Shown one piece after another: positions 9,658 through 18,874 of a DNA stretch of 64,000 bases. The translations under genes were made by a program, and so were the position numbers. Source of the DNA: Candidatus Competibacteraceae bacterium (lineage in GTDB: Bacteria > Pseudomonadota > Gammaproteobacteria > Competibacterales > Competibacteraceae); NCBI GenBank assembly GCA_035575095.1, contig DATLYF010000126.1, positions 3,230-67,229 of the forward strand, read 5' to 3'. The notes under the pieces were generated by a model. It had not been told where the DNA came from. It ran no database searches and saw only the letters and a program-made list of their open reading frames with translations. Numbering within the stretch: position 1 is the stretch's first letter; each line of letters begins with the position of its first letter.

Positions 9658-10446
9658 ATGGAGAAAATGCTCGTTAACTATTCGGTGACTGAAGGCGTGG
9701 CGGTGCTCGAACTCGTTAATCCGCCGGCCAATGCCTACTCCTACGAGATGTTTCGCCAGCTCGACGAGGCGATCCTGAGGGCCCGCTTCGACGAGGGCGT
9801 TCACGTGCTGGTGATCCGCGGTGCTGGGGAGCGGTTCTTCTGTGCCGGTGCCGACATCGCGATGCTCCGTGAGGCGGCCCCAGAGTTTAAGTACAACTTC
9901 TGCCTGCATGCCAACGAGACGCTGCTGCGCCTTGAGCACACCCCGAAGCTGGTGATCGCGGCGATCAATGGCCATTGCGTGGGCGGGGGGCTTGAGGTCG
10001 CGATGGCGGCCGACATCCGCGTGGCCAAGGCCGGCGGCGGCAAGGTCGGCTTGCCGGAGGTGGCCCTTGGCGTGCTGCCTGGGACCGGCGGTACCCAGCG
10101 CCTGGCGCGGATCCTTGGCAAGTCGCGGGCCATCGAGCTCATGGCGCGGGGCGATACCCTGAGCGTGGAGGAGGCTCGGGCCCTGGGGCTGATTAATCAG
10201 GTGTTCCCGGCGGAAAGCTTCTGGGAAGACACCTTGCGGTTTGCGCGCTCCTTCTGTCCCCCCGGTAAGGCCGCGCGGGCAGTCGGACACATCAAGCGCT
10301 CGGTCCAAAGCGGCCTGGAGGTGCCGCTGGAGAGCGGACTCGCGCTGGAGCGCGAGCTGCAGCAGCGGCTCTTTACCTCCGAGGATGCCCGCGAGGGGAT
10401 CATAGCCTTTTTGGAGAAGCGAGCGCCGCAGTTCAGGGGCAGGTGA
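9658..10446 (+). CDS. Enoyl-CoA hydratase/isomerase (crotonase) family protein
   Basis: 262 aa with FCAGADI, GHCVGGGLEVAMAADIR and GLPEVALGVLPGTGGTQRL, which form the crotonase oxyanion-hole pattern. Confidence 0.85.
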   Translation: MEKMLVNYSVTEGVAVLELVNPPANAYSYEMFRQLDEAILRARFDEGVHVLVIRGAGERFFCAGADIAMLREAAPEFKYNFCLHANETLLRLEHTPKLVIAAINGHCVGGGLEVAMAADIRVAKAGGGKVGLPEVALGVLPGTGGTQRLARILGKSRAIELMARGDTLSVEEARALGLINQVFPAESFWEDTLRFARSFCPPGKAARAVGHIKRSVQSGLEVPLESGLALERELQQRLFTSEDAREGIIAFLEKRAPQFRGR

Positions 10447-10450
10447 TATC

Positions 10451-10527
10451 CCCCCTCTCACCCCCAGCCGGTCCCCTCGCCGCGTTCTCCCTCTGCGGAG
10501 GCGAGGGGGCGGGGTAGGGGTGAGGGG
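10451..10527. repeat. GC-rich nested palindromic (REP-like) element, copy 1
   Basis: Outer arms are CCCCCTCTCACCCCC and GGGGTAGGGGTGAGGGG. The inner hairpin is CCCCTCGCC (10473-10481) / GGCGAGGGG (10500-10508). It sits between convergent genes. Confidence 0.5.
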
Positions 10528-10582
10528 TTTGGCATGATGAAATGCCGTTTAGCTCCTGTCCGGGCTGCTCAGAAACGGCCGC

Positions 10583-11509
10583 TCAACTCCACTGCCACGG
10601 GCAGCAATAGCGCCGGACCTTGGTGACCAGCTCCTGCAGACAGTCCTCGACCGACCGTCCCGAGGTATCGAGCACATAATTGGCCGCCTGGTAATAGGGC
10701 TCGCGCTCGGTCAGGATGCGGCGCAGATCCTCCATGGCCTCTTGGTTTCCCGCCATGGGTCTGAAATCGCCTTGGGCGATCACCCGGCTCATGTGCTCCT
10801 CCGGCTGGGCGCGCACCCAGACCGTATAGAAAGAGGTGAGCAGCAGATCGTAGGTCTCTTTTTCCGAGACCAGGCTGCCGCCGGCCTCGAGGATCACGTT
10901 GTCATAGTTGTCGATCACATGTTGGACGGCTTGATGCTCCAGGCGACGGTAGGCCTGCTGCCCGCCCAGGGAAAATATCTCGCCGACCCCCATGCCCGCG
11001 AACTTTTCGATGATCTCCCCCAGCCTGAGGAAGGGGATCGACATCTCCTTGGCGAGCAGACTCCCTAAGGTGGTTTTGCCCGCCCCCCGCAGGCCGATCA
11101 GCGCAACGCCGTGCACCGGACCCTTGGCATCGGCAAAGTGTTTCAGTAGCAATGAATAGGCGCTCTTCTGCTGTTCCGGCGACAATCGTTCCAGGAAGGC
11201 GAGCAGTGGCGCTACCTGAATGGCGGGTTTGCTGTTGTAGGGCAATAGTTCATGGAACTCGACGTTCATCGCCTGTGCGATCCGCCACAGCAGGGTGATC
11301 GAGATGTTTGCCTCTCCTCCCTCGACTTGGGCGAGGTAACGCTCGGAGATGCCCGAATGCTTGGAGAGGTCTTTGCGCGTCATGCCGCGACGGGCCCTTA
11401 AGCCGCGTACCCGCTCGCCGATGTGCGCGATATACGCGCTAATCTGGTTCGTCCCCGGGGTTTGCTGATCGGGGGCCTGTGCTGGGAGGATTGCTTGTGC
11501 CTTGTCCAT
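10583..11509 (-). CDS. boxR: BoxR/BzdR-type regulator (XRE HTH fused to a shikimate-kinase-like domain)
   Basis: HTH RRGMTRKDLSKHSGISERYLAQVEGGEANISI plus P-loop LIGLRGAGKTTLG in the C-terminal half. This architecture is characteristic of BzdR/BoxR. The gene is in a box cluster. Confidence 0.8.
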   Translation of the reverse strand: MDKAQAILPAQAPDQQTPGTNQISAYIAHIGERVRGLRARRGMTRKDLSKHSGISERYLAQVEGGEANISITLLWRIAQAMNVEFHELLPYNSKPAIQVAPLLAFLERLSPEQQKSAYSLLLKHFADAKGPVHGVALIGLRGAGKTTLGSLLAKEMSIPFLRLGEIIEKFAGMGVGEIFSLGGQQAYRRLEHQAVQHVIDNYDNVILEAGGSLVSEKETYDLLLTSFYTVWVRAQPEEHMSRVIAQGDFRPMAGNQEAMEDLRRILTEREPYYQAANYVLDTSGRSVEDCLQELVTKVRRYCCPWQWS

Positions 11510-11619
11510 GCCTGACCTTGCTCTGAAGGTGCTGACCTATAATGCCAGTCAGAGCCCTGGACATTACTATAGTTCCTGGCTGGATGGCCAGCCTTCTGCC
11601 GACTCGCGCGATCTTCTGC

Positions 11620-12654
11620 CTAATCGCTCACCCGAAGCACGAGCTTGCCGAACTGCCGGGCCTGCTCCAGATAGCTCAGGGCCTCCCTGGCCTGATCGAA
11701 TGGGAATATTTTGTCGATGACTGGCGCGAATTGCTTGTGCTGGGCGGCAAGCAGCAGAGCCCGGAACTCATCCTGGTTGCCGAGGGTGCTGCCGATGATC
11801 TGGAGTTGCCGGATGAAGACCCGTTGCAGGTCGGCCTTCGGGTTGGGGCCTGTGGTCGCCCCACAGGTCACGATCCGCCCGCCACGGCGCAGGGCGCGCA
11901 GGCTGGTGGGCCAGGTCGACTCCCCGACGCTCTCGATCACGACATCGACCCCACGGCCGCCGGTAAAGCTCAGCACCTGTTCGAGCACGTCCTGATTGCG
12001 GTAGTTGACCCCCGCATCGGCCCCCAGTTTACGGGCCGACTCGAGCTTGGCATCCGAGCTGGAGGTCGCGATCACGCGTGCACCCGCAAGCTTGGCGAAC
12101 TGCAGCGCGGCGAGTGCTACCCCACCGCCGACGCCCTGGATCAGGACGGTCTCCGTGGGCCGAACCCGAGCCTGGGTCATCACCATCCGCCAGGCGGTGA
12201 GATAGGCGGTAGGCAGCACGGCCGCCGCCTCGAAGGAAAGGCCCTCGGGTATGCGGTGGACATTCTGGGCAGGCATGCACACGTATTCGGCAAAGGTGCC
12301 GTCACTGTGCTCGCCGATGAGCTTGCAACCCAGGCAGAGCATCTGGTCCCCGCGTAGGCAGAACTCGCAAAAATTACAGTAACGGGCGGGGTAGAGTACG
12401 ACCCGATCCCCGGGCCCGAGATCGATGACCCCAGGGCCCACGGTATCCACGATGCCAGTGCCATCCACCCCGAGGATCAGGGGCAGCTCGTGGGTGATTC
12501 CGGCCCCCGAGTCGCGCATGTAGAGATCCACATGATTGAAGGCCGCCGCGACGATCCGCACTCGCACCTCGCCCGGACCCGGCTCAGGGGTGGGCCTCTC
12601 ACCGATGACGATGGAATCCGGTTGCCCATGGCTCTGAATGTAGACGGCGCGCAT
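11620..12654 (-). CDS. Zinc-type alcohol dehydrogenase / MDR-family oxidoreductase
   Basis: 344 aa with a GroES-like N-terminus, cysteine cluster CNFCEFCLRGDQMLC and NAD(P) fold VLIQGVGGGVA. Confidence 0.8.
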   Translation of the reverse strand: MRAVYIQSHGQPDSIVIGERPTPEPGPGEVRVRIVAAAFNHVDLYMRDSGAGITHELPLILGVDGTGIVDTVGPGVIDLGPGDRVVLYPARYCNFCEFCLRGDQMLCLGCKLIGEHSDGTFAEYVCMPAQNVHRIPEGLSFEAAAVLPTAYLTAWRMVMTQARVRPTETVLIQGVGGGVALAALQFAKLAGARVIATSSSDAKLESARKLGADAGVNYRNQDVLEQVLSFTGGRGVDVVIESVGESTWPTSLRALRRGGRIVTCGATTGPNPKADLQRVFIRQLQIIGSTLGNQDEFRALLLAAQHKQFAPVIDKIFPFDQAREALSYLEQARQFGKLVLRVSD

Positions 12655-12736
12655 GAGCGCTCACTCCCAGGTTGTGTAGTTGAGCGGAATTATAGTGCCT
12701 TTACAGGGCTAGAAAAAGCTTGTATTGTGACTTTAA

Positions 12737-12770
12737 TGCAATAAAGTGCATGCAATCCAGTCTATCTGCA
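12737..12770. promoter_or_regulatory. Cluster of four TGCA motifs (candidate BoxR operator) in the divergent adh-boxR / bclA-operon intergenic region
   Basis: aaTGCAataaagTGCATGCAatccagtctatcTGCAc includes a TGCA-N6-TGCA unit. BzdR/BoxR operators are reported to be built from TGCA repeats (recalled from the literature). Confidence 0.4.
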
Positions 12771-12791
12771 CAACTCCCGGGGTGACCAGAA

Positions 12792-13259
12792 ATGACACCG
12801 CAGGCATTCGAGGCCTTGATCACGCGCGTAACGGAAACGATCGCCGGACGTCCGCTGGATGCAGCACTCGGCATGTTCCTCAATGAGACCTTCCCGCCGG
12901 ATGAGGAGACCTTCAAGGCCATCGAGCGGGCCTGTCACGAGGCCATCGCCGAGGGCTGGATGTGCAACCGGGAGGCAGGCGGCATCCGCTTCGGTCGCGT
13001 CGTCAAGCCCGGGCCGTCCACCCATGGTTTCAGTGTCGATGTGGTGCTCATGAAGGATGTGAAGGGGCCGCACCATCGTCATCCCAATGGCGAGATCGAC
13101 ATGATCATGCCCCTTACGCCCGAAGCGCAGTTCGACGGTCACGGGAGCGGCTGGTTCGTCTATGCCCCGGACAGCGCTCACTGCCCGACCGTCACCCAGG
13201 GGGAGGCCATCGTGCTGTACCTGCTGCCCGAGGGCGCGATCGAATTCACCAAAGCATAG
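12792..13259 (+). CDS. Small His-rich cupin-like protein of unknown function (possibly the DUF4863 family)
   Basis: 155 aa with GPHHRHPNGEIDMIMPL and a beta-rich C-terminus. It is the first gene of the bclA transcription unit. Family assignment is from memory only. Confidence 0.5.
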   Translation: MTPQAFEALITRVTETIAGRPLDAALGMFLNETFPPDEETFKAIERACHEAIAEGWMCNREAGGIRFGRVVKPGPSTHGFSVDVVLMKDVKGPHHRHPNGEIDMIMPLTPEAQFDGHGSGWFVYAPDSAHCPTVTQGEAIVLYLLPEGAIEFTKA

Positions 13260-13332
13260 GACTGAAAGCCGATACCGACACCCGAAGGAAGCCGCAAGGT
13301 ACGGCCAACCATAATTCCTGAGGAGGAAAGAG

Positions 13333-14928
13333 ATGCCGATGCTGAGCTCTGCCGACCCCAGCACCAGCCCGCCAAGGATCACCATTCCGCGGGACTACAA
13401 CGCCGCCTACGACCTGATCCAACGCAACCTCCAGGCCGGGCGCGCGGACAAGGTGGCCTTCATCGACGATGCCGGCGCCTATACCTACGCGGACGTGGAC
13501 AGGCGGTCTTCCCAGTTCGCGAACGTGCTGCGGGAACTGGGCATCGAGATGGAAAACCGCATCCTGATGTGTCTGCACGATACCATCGATTTTCCCACCG
13601 TATTTCTGGGCGCGATCAAAGCCGGTGTGGTGCCGGTTGCAGTGAACACGCTGCTTACCCAGGGCGATTACGAATACATGCTGTCAGATAGCCGGGCGCG
13701 GATTGCGGTGGTATCGGCTGCACTGCTGCCGCTGTTCCAGCCGCTGCTCGGCAAGCTTCCGTTCCTGCGGCGCATCCTGGTCGCAGGCGGCAGCGCTCAG
13801 GATACCGACTCCCTGGCGCGGCTGCTCGCTCGGGCCCCCAATACCTTCACCGTCGCCCCCACGCAGGCCGATGACATGTGCTTTTGGCTTTATTCCTCGG
13901 GCTCGACCGGTGCGCCCAAAGGAACGGTACACGTGCACTCAAGCCTGATCCAGACCGCCGAGCTCTACGCCCGACCTATCCTCGGAATTCAAGCCGATGA
14001 TGTCGTCTTCTCGGCGGCGAAACTGTTCTTCGCCTATGGCTTGGGCAATGGGCTCACCTTCCCCATGTCGGTCGGCGCCACCGCCGTGTTGATGGCGGAG
14101 CGCCCGACGCCGGATGCGGTGTTTGCGCGGTGGCGCAAACATCAGCCGACGATCTTCTACGGGGTGCCGACGCTCTACGCCTCCATGCTTGCCAGCCCCG
14201 AGCTGCCACGGCGCGAGGAGCTGCGGCTGCGCCGCTGCACTTCGGCCGGCGAGGCGCTGCCCGAGGAGATCGGCAAGCGCTGGAGCGAGCGCTTCGGCGT
14301 CGAGATTCTAGACGGCATCGGCTCTACCGAGATGCTGCACATCTTTCTGTCCAACCGTCCGGGAGAGGTGCGCTACGGCACCACGGGCAAACCGGTGCCC
14401 GGCTACCAGGTGCGACTAGTGGATGACGAGGGTAACCCCGTAGCGCAAGGCGAACCCGGCGAGCTGCAGATCGCAGGTCCCACCAGCGCAGCGTTTTATT
14501 GGAACAACCGCGAGAAGACCCGCGCCACCTTCCAGGGCCCCTGGACCCGCAGCGGCGACAAGTACCTGCAAGATGCCGACGGCTACTACATCTACGCCGG
14601 GCGCAGCGACGACATGCTCAAGGTGAGCGGGATCTACGTCTCGCCGATCGAGGTCGAGTCCACCCTGATCACCCACGAAGCGGTCCTGGAGGCAGCCGTG
14701 GTCGGCAAGGAGGACGAGGACAAGCTCATCAAGCCGATTGCCTATGTCGTGCTCAAGCCCGGCTACAAGCCCTCGGTGGAGATGGCCGAATCGCTGAAGC
14801 GTCACGTCAAGTCCCTACTCGCCCCGTACAAGTATCCCCGCTGGTTCGAGTTCGTCGAGGAGCTGCCGAAGACTGCCACCGGCAAGATCCAGCGCTTCAA
14901 GCTGCGGTCCCTGAGCGCGGGCCGTTGA
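13333..14928 (+). CDS. bclA: Benzoate-CoA ligase
   Basis: 531 aa with AMP-binding motif LYSSGSTGAPKGTVH and an N-terminus (ITIPRDYNAAYDLI) like benzoate-CoA ligases. RBS GAGGAGG. Box-cluster context. Confidence 0.85.
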   Translation: MPMLSSADPSTSPPRITIPRDYNAAYDLIQRNLQAGRADKVAFIDDAGAYTYADVDRRSSQFANVLRELGIEMENRILMCLHDTIDFPTVFLGAIKAGVVPVAVNTLLTQGDYEYMLSDSRARIAVVSAALLPLFQPLLGKLPFLRRILVAGGSAQDTDSLARLLARAPNTFTVAPTQADDMCFWLYSSGSTGAPKGTVHVHSSLIQTAELYARPILGIQADDVVFSAAKLFFAYGLGNGLTFPMSVGATAVLMAERPTPDAVFARWRKHQPTIFYGVPTLYASMLASPELPRREELRLRRCTSAGEALPEEIGKRWSERFGVEILDGIGSTEMLHIFLSNRPGEVRYGTTGKPVPGYQVRLVDDEGNPVAQGEPGELQIAGPTSAAFYWNNREKTRATFQGPWTRSGDKYLQDADGYYIYAGRSDDMLKVSGIYVSPIEVESTLITHEAVLEAAVVGKEDEDKLIKPIAYVVLKPGYKPSVEMAESLKRHVKSLLAPYKYPRWFEFVEELPKTATGKIQRFKLRSLSAGR

Positions 14929-14968
14929 GGTGCTGCGATCCACGCCCTGAACGAATCCGGAGATAGCT

Positions 14969-15457
14969 ATGACTGATGCAATTTCCATCATCAAAGACGA
15001 ACACCGTTCGATGGCCGCGGTGCTCAAAGGGCTGATCTCGCACATCGCAGAGGTCAAGGCGGGGCGGACAGAGCCCGACTTTCATTTGATGTTCGCGATG
15101 TTCGACTACATCCAAGCGTTTCCGGAACGCCTGCATCATCCGAAGGAAGACGAGTATCTGTTTCGGTTCCTGCGCCTGCGCTCTGTGGAGGCCCACGCCG
15201 TCCTCGATGAGCTCGAGGCCCAGCACGCCCGGGGAGCCGAACTCCTCAACAACCTGCGTCTGAAGCTTGCCGAGTATCGCGAGTCGGGGAACTGCGATGT
15301 CTTCGAGAAGGCCCTCGGTGACTACGCCGAGTTTCAATGGGCGCACATGCACAAGGAGGAAGAGGTCGTGCTGCCCCTGGCCGAGCGATACCTCACGGCC
15401 GAGGACTGGCAGGCGATCGATGCCGCCTTCCGCTCCAATCTGGACCGGGCGTGGTGA
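14969..15457 (+). CDS. Hemerythrin/HHE cation-binding domain protein (paralogue 1)
   Basis: 162 aa with IIKDEHRS, HHPKEDEYLF and HMHKEEE as His/Glu ligand patterns. It aligns along its full length with the ORF at 32942. Confidence 0.75.
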   Translation: MTDAISIIKDEHRSMAAVLKGLISHIAEVKAGRTEPDFHLMFAMFDYIQAFPERLHHPKEDEYLFRFLRLRSVEAHAVLDELEAQHARGAELLNNLRLKLAEYRESGNCDVFEKALGDYAEFQWAHMHKEEEVVLPLAERYLTAEDWQAIDAAFRSNLDRAW

Positions 15458-15480
15458 GCGTAGTGAACCAGGAATGAGCC

Positions 15481-16299
15481 ATGTCGATCTCGCAAACACA
15501 AGGGTTTTTCGACATCGATGGAGTCCGGCTGGAATACCGCTGGTTCGGCCCCTGGCCCGAGGCGGCGCCCACGCTGGTCTTCCTGCACGAGGGACTGGGC
15601 TGTGTCGCCCTGTGGAAGGATTTCCCCGAGCGGGTGGCCGAAGCCACCGATTGCAGGGTCCTGGTCTACAGCCGGCAAGGCTATGGTCGCTCGGACCCGA
15701 TCCCGGTCCCCCGGCCGCTCACCTACATGCATGAGGAGGGCCTTTCAATCTTGCCGAAGGTGCTGGATGCGGCAGGGCTGAAGGAAGTGATCCTGGTCGG
15801 GCACAGCGACGGCGGCTCCATCGCCCTGATCCACGCCGGGGGCGTGCGCGATCCCCGCGTGCAGGCCCTCGCCCTGATGGCTCCCCACGTGTTCAACGAG
15901 GAGCTGTGCGTAGGGAGCATCCGCCTTGCCAAGGAAGCCTATGAGCAGGGCCGGCTCCGGCAGCAGCTCGCCCGTTACCACGGCGATAACGTCGATTGCG
16001 CCTTCTGGGGCTGGAACCGGGCGTGGCTCGATCCTGGGTTCTGGCACTGGAACATCGAGGAGTACCTGCCGGGCATCGCAGTGCCGGTGCTGCTGATCCA
16101 GGGTGAGAACGATGAGTACGGCACGCTGCGCCAGGTCGAGGCCATCCGGGATCGGGTGTCCGGGCCGGTGGAGATTCTGATGCTGCCGAACTGCGGGCAT
16201 TCGCCGCACCGAGATCAACCCGAGGCAACGCTCGAGGCCATTACCCGCTTCGTCGGCCAGCGGCGCGGTGTGTCCCGTGCCTCCTTGGCCAGCGAGTAG
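15481..16299 (+). CDS. Alpha/beta-fold hydrolase
   Basis: 272 aa with HEGLG oxyanion region, nucleophile elbow GHSDGG and C-terminal CGHSPH. Confidence 0.8.
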   Translation: MSISQTQGFFDIDGVRLEYRWFGPWPEAAPTLVFLHEGLGCVALWKDFPERVAEATDCRVLVYSRQGYGRSDPIPVPRPLTYMHEEGLSILPKVLDAAGLKEVILVGHSDGGSIALIHAGGVRDPRVQALALMAPHVFNEELCVGSIRLAKEAYEQGRLRQQLARYHGDNVDCAFWGWNRAWLDPGFWHWNIEEYLPGIAVPVLLIQGENDEYGTLRQVEAIRDRVSGPVEILMLPNCGHSPHRDQPEATLEAITRFVGQRRGVSRASLASE

Positions 16300-16353
16300 G
16301 TTGGGCTTCCCCTGGCGGCTCAGCCCCCTCTGCTCTACAGAGAGACAACGATC

Positions 16354-17922
16354 ATGCAGCTTCTAAATTATCTATGCGGAGAATGGGTTGCCGGCAAGGG
16401 CCCGGGAACCCTGTTGTACAACCCGGTCACCGGCGCCGAGATCGCCCGGGCCGGTAGCGAGGGCCTCGACCTCGCCGCAGCCCTCCAGTTCGGGCGTGAG
16501 CGCGGCGGTCCCGCGCTGCGGGCGCTGAGCTATGCCGAGCGGGCGAATAGGCTGCACGCGATCGCCGACGCCTTGAGCGCCCAGCGCGATAAGTACTACC
16601 AGATCGCCCTGGAGAACTCGGGCAACACCAAGACCGATGCCGCCCTGGACATCGACGGTGGCATCGGCACGCTGAAGTATTACGCGGGGCTCGGCAAGCA
16701 GCTCGGCGAGGCGCGTTATCTCGCCGAGCCGGGTCTCGAGCGCCTGGCTCGCGACGAGGCATTCCAGGGCGCCCATATCCTGACTCCGATTCAAGGCATC
16801 GCCGTCCACATCAACGCCTTCAACTTCCCCTCCTGGGGGCTGTGGGAAAAGGCGGCGGTGGCGCTGCTCTCGGGCGTCCCGGTCTTTGCCAAGCCGGCGA
16901 CTGCAACGGCCCTGCTCAGCTACGAGATGGTCCGGGACGTGATCGCGGCTGACATCCTCCCGGCCGGCGCCCTCTCCCTGATCTGCGGGGGCGGACGTGA
17001 GCTGATGGACTTGGTCACGGCCCAGGATGCCGTCGCCTTCACCGGCTCGGCGGACACGGCGGCCTCGTTGCGTGCCCATCCCAATGTCATCCGCTCCAAC
17101 GTGCGCTTCAATGTCGAGGCCGACAGCCTCAACTCGGCCTTGCTGGGGCCAGATGCCGCGCCGGACAGCCCCGAGTTCCAACTCTTCATTAAAGAGGTGG
17201 TGCGCGAGATGTCGGTGAAGGCGGGGCAGAAGTGCACCGCCATCCGGCGGATCCTGGTCCCGGCCGCCCTGCAGTCGAAGGTCGAAGAGGCCCTGCGGGA
17301 GGGTCTGGCCGGGGTGGCGGTCGGCGATCCGCGCAACGAGCGCGTGCGCATGGGGCCTCTGGTGACGCGCTCCCAACAGCAGGCGGCCTGGGAGGGTATC
17401 GAGCGGCTCAAGACCGAGGCTGCGGTGGTGTGCGGCGGCGAGCGGGCCTTCGAGCTGGTGGATGCCGACCCCGCGCGCGGCTACTTCGTGCCCCCGACCC
17501 TGCTGCGCTGCGCCGATCCCTCCAGCAGCCGGGTCGTTCACGAGGTCGAGGTGTTCGGGCCGGTCGCCACCGTCATGCCCTATGCCGACGCCGAGCAGGC
17601 CTTCGCCCTGGCCGCACGGGGCGGTGGCTCCCTGGTGACTTCGGTCTTCACGGGTGATGGCGACTTCGCTATCCGTGCCGCCGTGGCCATTGCGCCTACC
17701 CACGGGCGGGTATTGGTGGTCGACAAATCCATCGGCGGCTCCCACACCGGCCATGGCGTGGTCATGCCCCACTGTATCCACGGCGGGCCGGGGCGGGCCG
17801 GTGGGGGCGAGGAGCTTGGCGGCCTGCGGGCGCTGCGCTTCTACCATCAGCGCAGCGCCATTCAGGCCAGCGCCGGATGCCTCAAGCGGCTGCAGGAAAC
17901 GGCGACGGTACTCGTGTCCTAA
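16354..17922 (+). CDS. boxD: 3,4-dehydroadipyl-CoA semialdehyde dehydrogenase (BoxD; PaaZ-ALDH-like)
   Basis: 522-aa aldehyde dehydrogenase with catalytic Cys in AGQKCTAIRR. The N-terminus resembles the PaaZ/BoxD family. Box context. Confidence 0.8.
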   Translation: MQLLNYLCGEWVAGKGPGTLLYNPVTGAEIARAGSEGLDLAAALQFGRERGGPALRALSYAERANRLHAIADALSAQRDKYYQIALENSGNTKTDAALDIDGGIGTLKYYAGLGKQLGEARYLAEPGLERLARDEAFQGAHILTPIQGIAVHINAFNFPSWGLWEKAAVALLSGVPVFAKPATATALLSYEMVRDVIAADILPAGALSLICGGGRELMDLVTAQDAVAFTGSADTAASLRAHPNVIRSNVRFNVEADSLNSALLGPDAAPDSPEFQLFIKEVVREMSVKAGQKCTAIRRILVPAALQSKVEEALREGLAGVAVGDPRNERVRMGPLVTRSQQQAAWEGIERLKTEAAVVCGGERAFELVDADPARGYFVPPTLLRCADPSSSRVVHEVEVFGPVATVMPYADAEQAFALAARGGGSLVTSVFTGDGDFAIRAAVAIAPTHGRVLVVDKSIGGSHTGHGVVMPHCIHGGPGRAGGGEELGGLRALRFYHQRSAIQASAGCLKRLQETATVLVS

Positions 17923-17950
17923 ACTGCGTCCAGTTCGAAAACCGTCGTTT

Positions 17951-18029
17951 CCCCCTCACTCTATCCCTCTCCCCGGTGGGGAGAGAGGATAAAAAACCCT
18001 CGCCCCCGAAGAGGATGGGGGTGGAGGGG
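17951..18029. repeat. GC-rich nested palindromic (REP-like) element, copy 2
   Basis: Outer arms are CCCCCTCAC and GGGGGTGGAGGGG. The inner hairpin is CCTCTCCCC-ggt-GGGGAGAGAGG (about 17966-17988). It lies directly after boxD. Confidence 0.45.
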
Positions 18030-18091
18030 TACAGAAAACGATGACTATTCGGTGAGAGGCGCAGTGTGCCTTGCCAAACCTGAGAGGTGCC

Positions 18092-18871
18092 ATGGATTCC
18101 TACCAAGATATCCAGGTCGGCCCAGTCGAGGCCGGCGTACAACTGATCACCCTGAATCGCCCGCAGGCGCGCAATGCCCTGCGCACCCAGCTGCTCCGCG
18201 AGCTCGCTGACGCCCTGGATGCGGCGGCGGCCGATGACGGCATCCACGCTGTGGTCATCACCGGCGGCCTCCAGGTCTTCGCGGCCGGGGCGGACATCAA
18301 GGAGATGGCCGGCATGAGCGCGGTGGACGTAATGAGCGACCCCCGCCAGGCGTATCGGGCCCGTATCGACCGCTTCCCCAAGCCCCTGATTGCCGCGGTC
18401 AACGGCTATGCCCTGGGCGGGGGCTGCGAGCTGGCCATGCAGGCCGATATCGTGATAGCAGGCGACAACGCCCGCTTCGGCCAGCCCGAGATCAACCTGG
18501 GGCTGATCCCCGGGGCCGGTGGCACCCAGCGCCTGATCCGCACGGTGGGCAAGGCGCTCGCTATGAAGATGGTGCTCTCCGGGGAGCCGATCGATGCCCG
18601 TACGGCGCTCGCGGCAGGCTTGGTGGCCGAGATCACCCCGCCGGAGCTGACTCTCGAGCGGGCCGTCCAGCTCGCCCGGACCATCGCCGAGAAGTCACCC
18701 ATTGCCGTGCGTCTGGCCAAAGAGGCCCTGCTCAATGCCTACGAGACCACTCTGGATACCGGGCTGCGGCTCGAGCGCAAGTCGTTTGCGCTGCTTGCGG
18801 CCACCGAGGACCGCCGCGAGGGTATCACTGCCTTCCTGGAAAAACGCAAACCCGAATTCAAAGGGTGCTGA
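18092..18871 (+). CDS. Enoyl-CoA hydratase (PaaF-like, 2,3-dehydroadipyl-CoA hydratase candidate)
   Basis: Start at MDSYQDIQV. Crotonase motifs [19 protein letters not shown] and [19 protein letters not shown]. Confidence 0.85.
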   Translation: MDSYQDIQVGPVEAGVQLITLNRPQARNALRTQLLRELADALDAAAADDGIHAVVITGGLQVFAAGADIKEMAGMSAVDVMSDPRQAYRARIDRFPKPLIAAVNGYALGGGCELAMQADIVIAGDNARFGQPEINLGLIPGAGGTQRLIRTVGKALAMKMVLSGEPIDARTALAAGLVAEITPPELTLERAVQLARTIAEKSPIAVRLAKEALLNAYETTLDTGLRLERKSFALLAATEDRREGITAFLEKRKPEFKGC

Positions 18872-18874
18872 GTC

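Noticed and set aside
11510-11619. Hairpins GGCTGG-ccat-CCAGCC and CTGAC-N11-GTCAG between adh and boxR, considered as a terminator plus a separate boxR promoter
   Set aside because: The stems are short, with no U-tract and no clear -35/-10 elements. I cannot tell from sequence whether adh and boxR are co-transcribed.
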